From Verrucomicrobiales bacterium (lineage in GTDB: Bacteria; Verrucomicrobiota; Verrucomicrobiia; Verrucomicrobiales; DEV007): a stretch of 64,000 nt of DNA. The stretch is from contig JARGOZ010000002.1 of assembly GCA_029213025.1 (NCBI GenBank), positions 8,338 to 72,337 on the forward strand, given 5' to 3'. Positions 19,205 through 28,385 of the stretch are shown piece after piece; position 1 is the stretch's first letter, and the number at the start of each line of letters is the position of its first letter. The notes under the pieces were generated by a model. It was given only the letters and a program-made list of their open reading frames with translations. It made no database searches and was not told where the DNA came from. Position numbers and translations under genes: made by a program.

Positions 19205-22200
19205 ATGACTTTCGGAATCCGGGAAAAAGTTTCTCTGCTTGTGGTGTGCGCAGCGGCTGCGTCGGCAATCCTTGTGGCGCGTGGCGTGGCGCAAAAATCG
19301 CTGGCTGTGTTACGGGAACACGAAATCGTGGATCTCGGTGACGAGGCTTCGCTGCAAGGCTGGACTCTCTCCGATAAAGTGGACGGGCTCGCGGAGGATC
19401 TCATGAATCTTGCGTTTAGCCCGGAGTTTCACGATGCTGTCAATGCCGGAATTGACAGGGAGGGGCTCGCTGAAACAGCACGAAAATACTGCCGGCGATA
19501 CTGGAATGACTATCTCCATATCGATATCGTCCGGTTGGACGGGGATGAGTTTTCTTTTTCTGAAATCCATACCCCGGTCAAGTTGGATCACCCCAATGCC
19601 TGGCTGCCGGATATCGATTCCATTGCCGGCGCGCAACTTCACCTTTCCCCGATTCAAAGAATCGAAGTGGTTTTTCCGCAGGAAGGTGAGCGGGAGGAGA
19701 TGAGACGGGGAGTTCCCGTGATTTGGGGATTGGCGCCTTTGAATCGTTTCCCTATGGCATTTGCCGGACCCCAGAATTATATCCGGATCGTGACCAACCT
19801 CGATACCCAACCCAGGTCCAGGCAGTTCTATGTCCTGGAAAACGAGGCGGGAGAGCAGCTACAGCGGGCTGATGAACTGGTTCCGCCCGGAGAGGGCAAT
19901 GATGAAGTTTTCCGCCGCTTGAGTCAGGATCCGGTGCTGAGGTTGAACCTCGCAAAAGAAATGGATTCTTCTTCCGATCAGAATCAACCCCGGGTGGAAC
20001 GGCTCGTAAAAAAGGAGTGGGTAAAACTCGATAAACCGTATTATTTTTTGGAGGGGATCCCCGGGAAAGACCTGGCACTGGCGCTGAGCTTTGATTCCAG
20101 CGGTGAATACTTTGACGATTTGAACTTGTCGACAGGACACATCGGCCGGGTTGGTGGCCTGAGTGGCGGCGTTAAGGAGTTGCGACTTCTGGCAGATTCT
20201 CCCGATAAACTGGAAATTTTGAAAGAGAAATCTATCGAAGTCCTGCGGCGTAATTTCCCCCAGGAATACGATAAAATTACCTGGCGGGAAGTAGTCCACT
20301 GCGATGAAATCCACGCCTGGGCTGTGCAGTTGTTGATTGGGGCCGGGGAAAATCTGGACCGCTATTTGATTCATTACGCGGTGATGGAGGATGAGTTGGC
20401 TTCGTCCATCCAGCATGAAATGAGAGCGCTGCGCCGGAATGCGTTCGTGATTGCCGGCGGTGCCGGAATACTAGCTTTCCTGATCGCCATGCTCTTCATC
20501 AGGCCTTTAAAAGCGATGACGAAAACCGCTCAGAAAATTACGACAAGCGGTGATGATAATCTACACAATCAACTGAAGCTCCTTGCTAACAATCTGGCGA
20601 TTAAAAGACGGGACGAGGTAGGAGATATCGCGAGAGCTTCGAAGCGACTCTTTGAAGAGGTCATCGAATCCCAGGAAAAACTGGAACAGAGAGTTTCCGA
20701 CCGCACTTCGGATCTCCGCAAAGTGAACTACGATCTGGAGCAGGCCAATGTAAAACTCCGCAGCTTGAGCCATGAGAAAGATGCCTTTGTCGCGAAAGTG
20801 AGTCATGATTTGCGGCAGCCGTTAAATGCCATTTTCCTGCAGGTCGAAGCGCTTAAACTCACTGAACTCGATGGTTTGCAGAAGCAGGATGTCGAGAAAA
20901 TTCACCAACATGCCACAAGGGAATTGAATCTGGTGAACGACATTCTTGAGTATCAGAAAATCATCATGGGCGCGGAAACTCTGATTAGGAATGATATCGA
21001 TATCGAATCTTTCGCTAAGGATCTCCACGTGAATTTTCTCGCCGATGCCACGGAAAAAGGCCTCGATCTCGAGCTGACCTGCCCGGAGGCTATCGGACGT
21101 ATTACCGCAGACGAGCGCCGCCTCCGCCAGATCCTGGGAAATCTCGTTGGCAATGCCTGCAAATTTACCAAAGAGGGTAAGGTCGAGATCAAAGTCGAGT
21201 CCCGGACGGTTCGCGGCGAGGACTGGGTGGAGTTTTCCGTCATTGATACCGGTCGCGGTATGTCTCCCGACGAGCAGGCCAAAGCTTTTGTCCCGTTTGT
21301 TTCGAATAAAAAAGACAACGCAGGGGGGACCGGTCTTGGTTTATCCATTTGCAAAGAGCTTACCGAACGAATGGGCGGGAAAATCGGATTTGTCAGTGAA
21401 TTCGGGTCCGGTACGAGTTTTTCGGTATTGATCCCGCGGATACCTACTTCCGAGCATTACGAAGTTACTGCCGCAGACGGGGATTTTTCCTCTCCGGCGG
21501 CACAGGTATCCACTCCGCAGGAAGCTGCCGAGAAAATCGCAATCCATGCAGAAAATTCCCGGGGTGGAGCCGGAGCCAGAGTTCTGGTAATTGACGATGA
21601 CCCCTCGGTTCGGTTGCTGTTGACGCGCATTCTTGAAGGAGACGGCTATCAGGTCATTACCGCCGGCAACGGCGACGAAGGACTGGAAATAGCACGTCGG
21701 GAAAAACCCGAAGCGATCACCCTGGATGTTGTGATGCCGGGAGAAAAAGACGGCTGGGCTGTGTTGAAGGAGTTAAAAGCCTCCCCGGAGACTGACTGGA
21801 TTCCGGTGATTATGGTCTCGATTATGGCCGAGGCGGACAACGGTTTTGCGCTGGATGTGGAGGATTATCTGGTTAAACCGGTCGATGTAGACCGCCTTAG
21901 CCGTGTTGTTTCACGGGTCACGAAGTCTGCCCTGCAACGTAATCTTCTCATCGTCGATGATGACGTTGATTCCACCGAGGCCCTCGCCCGCTTGTTGAAA
22001 GATTCCGGTTGGTCAAGTTCTCTGGCATCCAATGGACTGGAGGCTCTCCAGGTACTTAAAAAGACCCGCCCCGCAGCGATTGTGCTCGATTTAATGATGC
22101 CGGAAATGGACGGCTTCGAATTTCTGAAAGTAATTCAGGAAGACGAAAATCTCGCCAGCATTCCGATTATCGTGATGACCGGAAAGGAACCAACCGACGC

Positions 22201-22333
22201 TGAAAGAGGATTTTTGGAAAATCGGGTCGGAATGATTCTCAAGAAAGGTGACGATTCCGGCAGTCAACAGGTTCTGAAAACGATTACTCAGCGAATTCGG
22301 CCCCGCAGTGAGATCGATTCGCTTCGCAACTAA
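19205..22333 (+). CDS. hybrid sensor histidine kinase: 2 TM, large periplasmic domain, HAMP, HisKA, HATPase and two receiver domains
   Basis: 1042 aa with SHDLRQPLNAI (H-box), GTGLGLSICKE (G2 box) and two REC modules (VLVIDDDPS...DVVMPGEKDG...KP; LLIVDDDVD...LDLMMPEMDGFE). Confidence 0.92.
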   Translation: MTFGIREKVSLLVVCAAAASAILVARGVAQKSLAVLREHEIVDLGDEASLQGWTLSDKVDGLAEDLMNLAFSPEFHDAVNAGIDREGLAETARKYCRRYWNDYLHIDIVRLDGDEFSFSEIHTPVKLDHPNAWLPDIDSIAGAQLHLSPIQRIEVVFPQEGEREEMRRGVPVIWGLAPLNRFPMAFAGPQNYIRIVTNLDTQPRSRQFYVLENEAGEQLQRADELVPPGEGNDEVFRRLSQDPVLRLNLAKEMDSSSDQNQPRVERLVKKEWVKLDKPYYFLEGIPGKDLALALSFDSSGEYFDDLNLSTGHIGRVGGLSGGVKELRLLADSPDKLEILKEKSIEVLRRNFPQEYDKITWREVVHCDEIHAWAVQLLIGAGENLDRYLIHYAVMEDELASSIQHEMRALRRNAFVIAGGAGILAFLIAMLFIRPLKAMTKTAQKITTSGDDNLHNQLKLLANNLAIKRRDEVGDIARASKRLFEEVIESQEKLEQRVSDRTSDLRKVNYDLEQANVKLRSLSHEKDAFVAKVSHDLRQPLNAIFLQVEALKLTELDGLQKQDVEKIHQHATRELNLVNDILEYQKIIMGAETLIRNDIDIESFAKDLHVNFLADATEKGLDLELTCPEAIGRITADERRLRQILGNLVGNACKFTKEGKVEIKVESRTVRGEDWVEFSVIDTGRGMSPDEQAKAFVPFVSNKKDNAGGTGLGLSICKELTERMGGKIGFVSEFGSGTSFSVLIPRIPTSEHYEVTAADGDFSSPAAQVSTPQEAAEKIAIHAENSRGGAGARVLVIDDDPSVRLLLTRILEGDGYQVITAGNGDEGLEIARREKPEAITLDVVMPGEKDGWAVLKELKASPETDWIPVIMVSIMAEADNGFALDVEDYLVKPVDVDRLSRVVSRVTKSALQRNLLIVDDDVDSTEALARLLKDSGWSSSLASNGLEALQVLKKTRPAAIVLDLMMPEMDGFEFLKVIQEDENLASIPIIVMTGKEPTDAERGFLENRVGMILKKGDDSGSQQVLKTITQRIRPRSEIDSLRN

Positions 22334-22389
22334 ACAGGGTACAGTCCCGAATTGTACCCTGTTAGATCCTTGATTCAACAGGGTACAAT
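22331..22389. repeat. AACAGGGTACA-core intergenic repeat locus 3 (direct, inverted, direct)
   Basis: Cores lie at 22333-22343 (+), 22353-22363 (inverted) and 22377-22387 (+). The two direct copies are 44 bp apart. The first two copies can form a perfect 11-bp stem with a 9-nt loop. Confidence 0.9.
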
Positions 22390-22447
22390 GCGAAAAGATT
22401 TGGCGTGGTTTTTGTTAAGAATCGTTTACAATGGGCCCACTTCTATC

Positions 22448-23731
22448 ATGTCTGACCCGAATCATTTTCCCGTTAAAAATCCGTGGCGATCTCTGGCCGG
22501 CGTTCTTTTCGTCCAGGCGCAAAATGCTTTTAACGATAATTTCCTCAAAATCATTCTGATTTCCCTCGCCGGGGCTGTGGCCAGCGGTCAGTTTATAGGC
22601 GACAACGCTCAGCGGGTTTTCTCGGCCTTTATTCCTCTGGCGTTCATTATCTTTTCGCCGCTGGCAGGATACTTCGCGGATAAATTTTCGAAACGAAACG
22701 TCATTTTCTGGTGCGTGATTGGCCAGCTCGTCATCCTTGTTCTGACATTGATCGGGATTAAAATGGAGAATCTCTGGGTGGCGGTGTTCGGTCTGTTTTT
22801 TCTTTCACTTCAGTCGACATTCTTCAGCCCGGCCAAACAGGGGATTCTCAAGGAGCTGGTCGGTTCGCGAAAGCTCACTTTTGCGAACGGATTCGCCCAG
22901 ATGCTCACGATGCTGGCGATTCTCGGCGGAATCACCCTAGGGGGAGAGTGGTTCGGTAAGCTCAGCAACGCGGGGCAAGACAACTGGAGTGCCGCCTATC
23001 TACCGATTTTCGCCGTATCGCTATTCTCGTTTATTCCTCTCCTGTTACACTTTTCGATAAACAAAACTCCGGTGCAGACGGCGAAGAAATTTGAAATCCC
23101 TATTCTGTGGCGACACTTCGGCTACCTGAAGGAGCTGTTTCACGGCGATGCTATGCGAAGGACAGCTCTGGGAATCAGTTACTATTGGCTGGTGGCAACC
23201 TTCTTCGGCGTGATCCTCTTTGATTTTGGAAAAATGCTCCACCCCGAGGCACCCGGAGATGCTTCTATCGAATCGTCGCGGTTGTTTCGGTATATAGGTA
23301 TAGGATTAATGGTGGGCAGTGTGCTCGTTTCGAACATCAGTCGGAATGGAGTAAAACTCGGTCTGATTCCCATAGGCGGGATTGGTTTAACTCTTGGGAT
23401 GATCCTGACCGGATTTCTCCCCGGCGGAAGTTTCGGGTTCTATGCCGGATTCATTACGGTTGGATTTTTTGGCGGTTTTTTCCTCGTTCCGCTAAGTTCT
23501 AATCTTCAGGACATCGCGCCGAACGAGACGCGGGGCAGAATTATCGGGGCATCAGCGGTGTTCACTTCAATAACCAGTCTGCTCGCTATCGTCATATCAC
23601 TGATTTTTACTAAATTCGGATTGGCTCTCGGATATCAAATGTTGTTTTTTGTCATCCCAACTCTCCTGTTTACCTGGTATGTTTCCGGCTTGATGAAAAT
23701 TCAGGATGGAAAATCCGTCCCCGAAAATTGA
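22448..23731 (+). CDS. lplT: MFS transporter, lysophospholipid transporter LplT-like
   Basis: Multi-TM MFS profile with N-terminus ...FVQAQNAFNDNFLKIILISLAG. It is translationally coupled (ATGA at 23728) to an acyltransferase/Aas-like gene, as in the E. coli lplT-aas arrangement. I prefer ATG 22448 because the longer ORF start lies in the repeat. Confidence 0.75.
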   Translation: MSDPNHFPVKNPWRSLAGVLFVQAQNAFNDNFLKIILISLAGAVASGQFIGDNAQRVFSAFIPLAFIIFSPLAGYFADKFSKRNVIFWCVIGQLVILVLTLIGIKMENLWVAVFGLFFLSLQSTFFSPAKQGILKELVGSRKLTFANGFAQMLTMLAILGGITLGGEWFGKLSNAGQDNWSAAYLPIFAVSLFSFIPLLLHFSINKTPVQTAKKFEIPILWRHFGYLKELFHGDAMRRTALGISYYWLVATFFGVILFDFGKMLHPEAPGDASIESSRLFRYIGIGLMVGSVLVSNISRNGVKLGLIPIGGIGLTLGMILTGFLPGGSFGFYAGFITVGFFGGFFLVPLSSNLQDIAPNETRGRIIGASAVFTSITSLLAIVISLIFTKFGLALGYQMLFFVIPTLLFTWYVSGLMKIQDGKSVPEN

Positions 23732-25560
23732 TGAGTTATCTCGCCAGACTGTTTTTTAAGATCCTGTTTCTACCCTTGTTCCGGTTGTTATACCGGGTCC
23801 GGCGTGTCGGATTGAGCAATGTCCCTTCGTATGGCGGAGTATTGATATTGCCGAATCATGTTACCTATATTGATTCCTTTGTCTATTATCTGACCTGTCC
23901 GAGGCCGGTTCGTTTTGTTGTTGTGGATAAGTATGTAAAACACCCCGGGTTCGGGTGGTTTTTGAAACTGTTCCGGGCGATACCTATTAACCAGTCGAGC
24001 CCGCGCGATGCGATCAACAAATCGATAGAGGCGCTCAAAGCCGGGGATGTCGTTTGTCTGTTTCCCGAAGGTGGTCTGACGAGGAACGGAATGATAAACG
24101 ACCTGAAAAAAGGTAGTGAATTGATTGCGCGCCGGGCGGAATGTCCTGTAGTTCCGGTATATGCAGACGGGTTGTGGGGATCGATTTTTTCCTTTGAAAG
24201 AGGCAAGTATTTCAAAAAGTGGCCGAAAAAAATGTTCTGCCCGATTCAGGTAGCCTTCGGGGAACCGATTCCCGCCGGGGAGGTGACTACTAAAAAGATA
24301 TTCGAAGGGATGCTGTCCGCCTCAGTGGAGGCTTTTAATGCACGCCGGTGTTTTGAAGAGAATCTTGAGACAACAGTGATTCACGCTTTGAAAAAGGGGC
24401 GGCGGGAGAATTTCAGCTATGAATATGCGAAGAATCCGAGACGCTGGACCCGTGGGCAGTTTCTGGCTACCGCGATTTCAATTGCCCGGCGTTGGATCAA
24501 CAACCCTCCTGACAGTTATCAGAGGATAGGTATTCTCCTCCCTCCGGGGCCTTACCCGGCAGTAATCAATATGGGGCTGTTTCTGGCTGGTAAAACACCG
24601 GTAAGTCTGCCGTTCAACCTGCGGCCTGACGAAGTGGAAAAGCTGGCGCTCGAAATGGACCGGCACAAGATCCGGACTGTGATTACCGCAAAAGCTTTTA
24701 TGCCTCATCTCATAGATTTTTGGCGGGGTGAGGAAGGTCGGTTTATCGATATTCATTCGGAACTGACTTCGCCGGGGCGAATGGTACTGAGCCAGGAAAA
24801 GTTCTTCAGTAAATTTGAGCCTGCCTGGTTTACCAAATGGCGTCTTGAAATCAATAAGCGCGACAAAAATCGGGAAGCAATCGGATTAATAGAATCGCCC
24901 GAGCAGGAGCCGGTATTTTTGTCGTCTTCTGATATCCATCGAAATGCGATTCAAATACTCTCGGCTGACTATATTCGCGAACGGGACACGATTTTGAGTG
25001 AATTTCCGATGAATTCTATAGTCGGGCAGATGATGCAGATCTGGATTCCGGTCATCAACCGGGGGCGGATTATTAGCCGTTCCTATTCGAAGCGCGACGA
25101 CGGCCAAATCCTCCGGGCGGTGGCTGAGGGGCAGAATGCGGATTTGGTGGTCGGGGATATGAGTTTCTACAACGGGATTGACCGGATTTTCGATTTGCCC
25201 AATCTTCGATGGGCCCTCGTTTTTGATGAAGCGGCAGATGCCCGGCAGATCACTGATCGCGAGGCGGAAATCAAAATACCGCTTTCCAAATGCTGGTCGC
25301 ACCGCGGCAGGATCGTAACGATGGCGCGTCCTGAAGTCTATCCGGCCCCGGACAAAATCCCGATGAAGGAGCGTAAAGCCGGCACAGCGGGGCGCTTTCT
25401 GCCCGGCGTCGCGGCGAAGCTGGAGGACGGCGAATTGTTTCTCCGTTTCCAAACCACCGCATCCGGCAAATCCGCGAATTCGCAACCGGCTGAGTGGATT
25501 CCCGCCGGTCGGGAAAAACTTATCGACGATGACGGTTTTCTGGTGATAGATCCGCAGTAA
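23728..25560 (+). CDS. Aas-like fusion: PlsC-type acyltransferase domain plus a degenerate acyl-ACP/CoA synthetase-like domain
   Basis: N-terminus has PNHVTYIDS (HX4D) and LFPEGGLTRNG (acyltransferase blocks). The remaining ~400 aa has an AMP-binding-like layout (GILLPPGPYPAVINMGLFLAGKTPVSLPFN) but no recognisable P-loop. The protein ends at ...DDDGFLVIDPQ. Confidence 0.75.
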   Translation: MMSYLARLFFKILFLPLFRLLYRVRRVGLSNVPSYGGVLILPNHVTYIDSFVYYLTCPRPVRFVVVDKYVKHPGFGWFLKLFRAIPINQSSPRDAINKSIEALKAGDVVCLFPEGGLTRNGMINDLKKGSELIARRAECPVVPVYADGLWGSIFSFERGKYFKKWPKKMFCPIQVAFGEPIPAGEVTTKKIFEGMLSASVEAFNARRCFEENLETTVIHALKKGRRENFSYEYAKNPRRWTRGQFLATAISIARRWINNPPDSYQRIGILLPPGPYPAVINMGLFLAGKTPVSLPFNLRPDEVEKLALEMDRHKIRTVITAKAFMPHLIDFWRGEEGRFIDIHSELTSPGRMVLSQEKFFSKFEPAWFTKWRLEINKRDKNREAIGLIESPEQEPVFLSSSDIHRNAIQILSADYIRERDTILSEFPMNSIVGQMMQIWIPVINRGRIISRSYSKRDDGQILRAVAEGQNADLVVGDMSFYNGIDRIFDLPNLRWALVFDEAADARQITDREAEIKIPLSKCWSHRGRIVTMARPEVYPAPDKIPMKERKAGTAGRFLPGVAAKLEDGELFLRFQTTASGKSANSQPAEWIPAGREKLIDDDGFLVIDPQ

Positions 25561-25668
25561 TCCGCTATTTCACCAAGGTATCACATACCGGTAACAAAAC
25601 GGTAACAGAGGTTCCGTAGTGTCGATTTCAGATCATTGATCTACTGAAATCATAACTATATACACACT

Positions 25669-26358
25669 ATGAAAACCGAAAAACATACCACGAAACACAA
25701 AAGAATGCGGAGCCCGGCCTTTTCCCTCGTCGAGCTGATGACCGTTGTATCAATCATGGCGATACTTACAGCGGTAGCCTCTCCGGGATTAAAAATTGCG
25801 ATGATCAACGCCCAGCAAAATGCAGCAATGGGCAATGCCCGCAGTATCGCAATGGGGTTGAGAACCTACGCTCAGGATTACGAAGGCGCGTTCCCGGGAT
25901 TTGAAACCGACGAAGGCGAAACGATTTCCACGTCAAACGATGCGTTTCGTCTGCTGCTGCCGGACTACATCGATTCGGAGCGGGTTTTTGCCGTAAAACG
26001 ATCCGCATGGGGCAAAAAAGCAGACGGCAGGATCGATGAGCCGGAGGATCGTCTTCGCGCCGGCGAAAATCATTTCGCGTATATCGCCGGACTGCTCGAC
26101 ACCTCGCGAACCGACTGGCCACTTGTCGTGGACGGAACGGACGGGAGCGGCAAATACACCAGCACCAACGGAGTAAAAGGCGGCTGCTGGGAAGGTCGTA
26201 AAGGCATCGTTGTTACAGTGGGCGGCAGCGGTCATGTCTACAGAATGAGCGGGGACGGGGATTCCCGGTTCATTCCCCGCTATGGCTATCCTGACGAAAA
26301 TGCTCTCGATGTCGGCTCCTATATGGGCGAAATTGCGCAACTTCTTGACCCCGAGTAG
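25669..26358 (+). CDS. prepilin-type N-terminal cleavage/methylation domain protein
   Basis: AFSLVELMTVVSIMAILTAVASPG is the class III signal / pilin-like hydrophobic helix. The start could instead be the internal Met at 25705. Confidence 0.8.
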   Translation: MKTEKHTTKHKRMRSPAFSLVELMTVVSIMAILTAVASPGLKIAMINAQQNAAMGNARSIAMGLRTYAQDYEGAFPGFETDEGETISTSNDAFRLLLPDYIDSERVFAVKRSAWGKKADGRIDEPEDRLRAGENHFAYIAGLLDTSRTDWPLVVDGTDGSGKYTSTNGVKGGCWEGRKGIVVTVGGSGHVYRMSGDGDSRFIPRYGYPDENALDVGSYMGEIAQLLDPE

Positions 26359-26423
26359 AGATTTGCGGTAAGCTTCGTTGGAGGGTGGTGCTTCGTTCCT
26401 CCGGGCACTGCCCGCCATTTTCT

Positions 26424-27650
26424 ATGAAAAATGCTATTTGGATCGGTCGCAGGCAGGTCAAAGGGCTTATTGTGCTCCTCGCGCTTCTGCCTTTGATTCC
26501 AACGTCGTTTTTGATCCATACGATGTGGTTGAAGATGGCCAACGAACACGTCCGGGTTGTCGACGAGATGAACACTGCGTTCCGCACCCAGTTGAGACTC
26601 GCAGTGGAAAGATATTCAACGGAACCTCGTGAACAGTCCCGAAGTGGCAAACAGCTGGTTCAGTTTTTGACCCATGTTTTCGGGTCGGATCTGCCGATGA
26701 CTGTAATCTCCAAACAAGGGCTGGTGATATACCAAAGCAAAACGCCGATGTCGGGAAGTGAGTTTGACTATCGCATCGTAAACGGGGAATTCGCCGGATG
26801 GAATATATTGATCGATTCCGTTACCGAGATTCCCCAGCACATTATGGAGGAGGAGAAAGCCACTTTAAAGCAGGCTGTGATTGCTCTCGTTAGTACGATT
26901 TTGATTGCCGGCGGAGTCTGGTTGATTGTGAACCGGGGCTTGAAGACCGATGAGATCCGCAAAGATCTGATTACTACCATTTCCCATGAAATTAAAACGC
27001 CGGTGGCAGCCATTAAAATCCTGACTGAATCACTGGAGTCCGGAACTCTTGAGCCGACTGTGCAGAGTGAATATCTCCGGCTAATTGCGAGGGAGAATGA
27101 AAGAATCGAACATCTTGCCGATCGCTTCCTGACTTACGGACGACTCGAAAAAGGGCAGCTTCCGATTGAGCGGAAAGAGACTGCACTGACAAGAGTGATC
27201 GAGGATATCGCAGGAATGCTGGCCCCGCGCTTCAATTCGGTGCAGGGGGAAATTTCGATCACCGGGGAAAAAGGAGTCACAGTCCAGGGGGACCACAACG
27301 GTCTTTCTATACTTTTCACCAATCTACTGGAAAACGCATTGAAATACGGAGGCACACCTCCCCGGGTGCGGATTGATGTAGCCAAAGCAGGCGGCAATGC
27401 ATTGATCACGGTAATGGATAACGGGCGGGGAATACCGGAAGCCGAACACAAAGCCGTGTTCCGGCGTTTTTACCGCAGCGAAGGGCGGCTTGATGACGGG
27501 CAGACCGGGGTCGGGTTGGGACTCGCCATTTGCCGGAGGATTACCCGTCTTATGAAAGGATCTCTATCGCTTGCCGCATCCGGTGACCGGGAATATCCGG
27601 GTGCGGAATTTCAGATCCGGTTACCACTCAGTTCCGGCGCAAAAGTATAG
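26424..27650 (+). CDS. sensor histidine kinase
   Basis: Two TM segments, SHEIKTPVAAI (H-box), NLLENALKYG (N-box) and GVGLGLAICRR (G2). It is followed 1 nt later by a response regulator gene. Confidence 0.88.
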   Translation: MKNAIWIGRRQVKGLIVLLALLPLIPTSFLIHTMWLKMANEHVRVVDEMNTAFRTQLRLAVERYSTEPREQSRSGKQLVQFLTHVFGSDLPMTVISKQGLVIYQSKTPMSGSEFDYRIVNGEFAGWNILIDSVTEIPQHIMEEEKATLKQAVIALVSTILIAGGVWLIVNRGLKTDEIRKDLITTISHEIKTPVAAIKILTESLESGTLEPTVQSEYLRLIARENERIEHLADRFLTYGRLEKGQLPIERKETALTRVIEDIAGMLAPRFNSVQGEISITGEKGVTVQGDHNGLSILFTNLLENALKYGGTPPRVRIDVAKAGGNALITVMDNGRGIPEAEHKAVFRRFYRSEGRLDDGQTGVGLGLAICRRITRLMKGSLSLAASGDREYPGAEFQIRLPLSSGAKV

Positions 27651-27651
27651 T

Positions 27652-28338
27652 ATGAATGCCAATCTACTACTGGTCGAGGATGACCCTACTTTGCTGCGGG
27701 TTTTGTCGGATACTTTTCACGCAAAGAATTACCGGGTTACTACGGCATCTGACGGGGAGAAAGCTCTCGAAGCAGGTTTGAATCAAAAATTCGACATCAT
27801 CATTCTCGATGTGATGTTGCCATTCGTAAACGGATATGAAATTTGTAGATATCTGAGAGCGGAAAATGTAGAAACACCGATCATTTTTCTGACTGCCAAA
27901 AGTGAGGAATCCGACATACTACTCGGTCTCGGTCTGGGCGGGGATGACTACCTGGCGAAGCCTTTCAGTATCAAAGAACTTCTGGCCCGGATTGAGGCCG
28001 TGCTGCGCCGCACCGGCCCGGCTGAGAAAGAGCAGAATAATATGACTGTATGTTTCGGGGATTTCGAGTTGGATCAATTTTCTCATAAGCTGCGAAACAA
28101 AGACGGCACTCCTGTGAAATTGTCTCCGAAAGAATATGACCTACTCGCTTTCCTGATTCAGCACAGTGGTGAAGCTTTGAGTCGGCAGAAGATTATGGAC
28201 AGCGTTTGGGGCTATGACTCCCGGGTTACCTTCCGGAGTATCGACCGGTTTATTACCACTTTGCGGAAGAAGATCGAACTCGAAACAGGTCGGCACATAG
28301 AGACGATCAGAGAATTCGGTTATCGGTTTAAGGTCTAG
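27652..28338 (+). CDS. OmpR-family response regulator
   Basis: LLLVEDDP...DIIILDVMLPFVNGYE...LTAK...KPF receiver domain plus a winged-helix C-terminus (LSPKEYDLLAFL...GYRF). ATG 27652 follows immediately after the kinase stop. Confidence 0.92.
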   Translation: MNANLLLVEDDPTLLRVLSDTFHAKNYRVTTASDGEKALEAGLNQKFDIIILDVMLPFVNGYEICRYLRAENVETPIIFLTAKSEESDILLGLGLGGDDYLAKPFSIKELLARIEAVLRRTGPAEKEQNNMTVCFGDFELDQFSHKLRNKDGTPVKLSPKEYDLLAFLIQHSGEALSRQKIMDSVWGYDSRVTFRSIDRFITTLRKKIELETGRHIETIREFGYRFKV

Positions 28339-28346
28339 AAAATCCG

Positions 28347-28385
28347 ATTCAACAGGGTACAGTCCGTCATTCAACAGGGTACAAT
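28347..28385 (+). repeat. AACAGGGTACA-core intergenic repeat locus 4 (two direct copies)
   Basis: Cores lie at 28351-28361 and 28373-28383, exactly 22 bp apart. The locus occupies the whole spacer between the response regulator stop and the next start codon. Confidence 0.9.
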
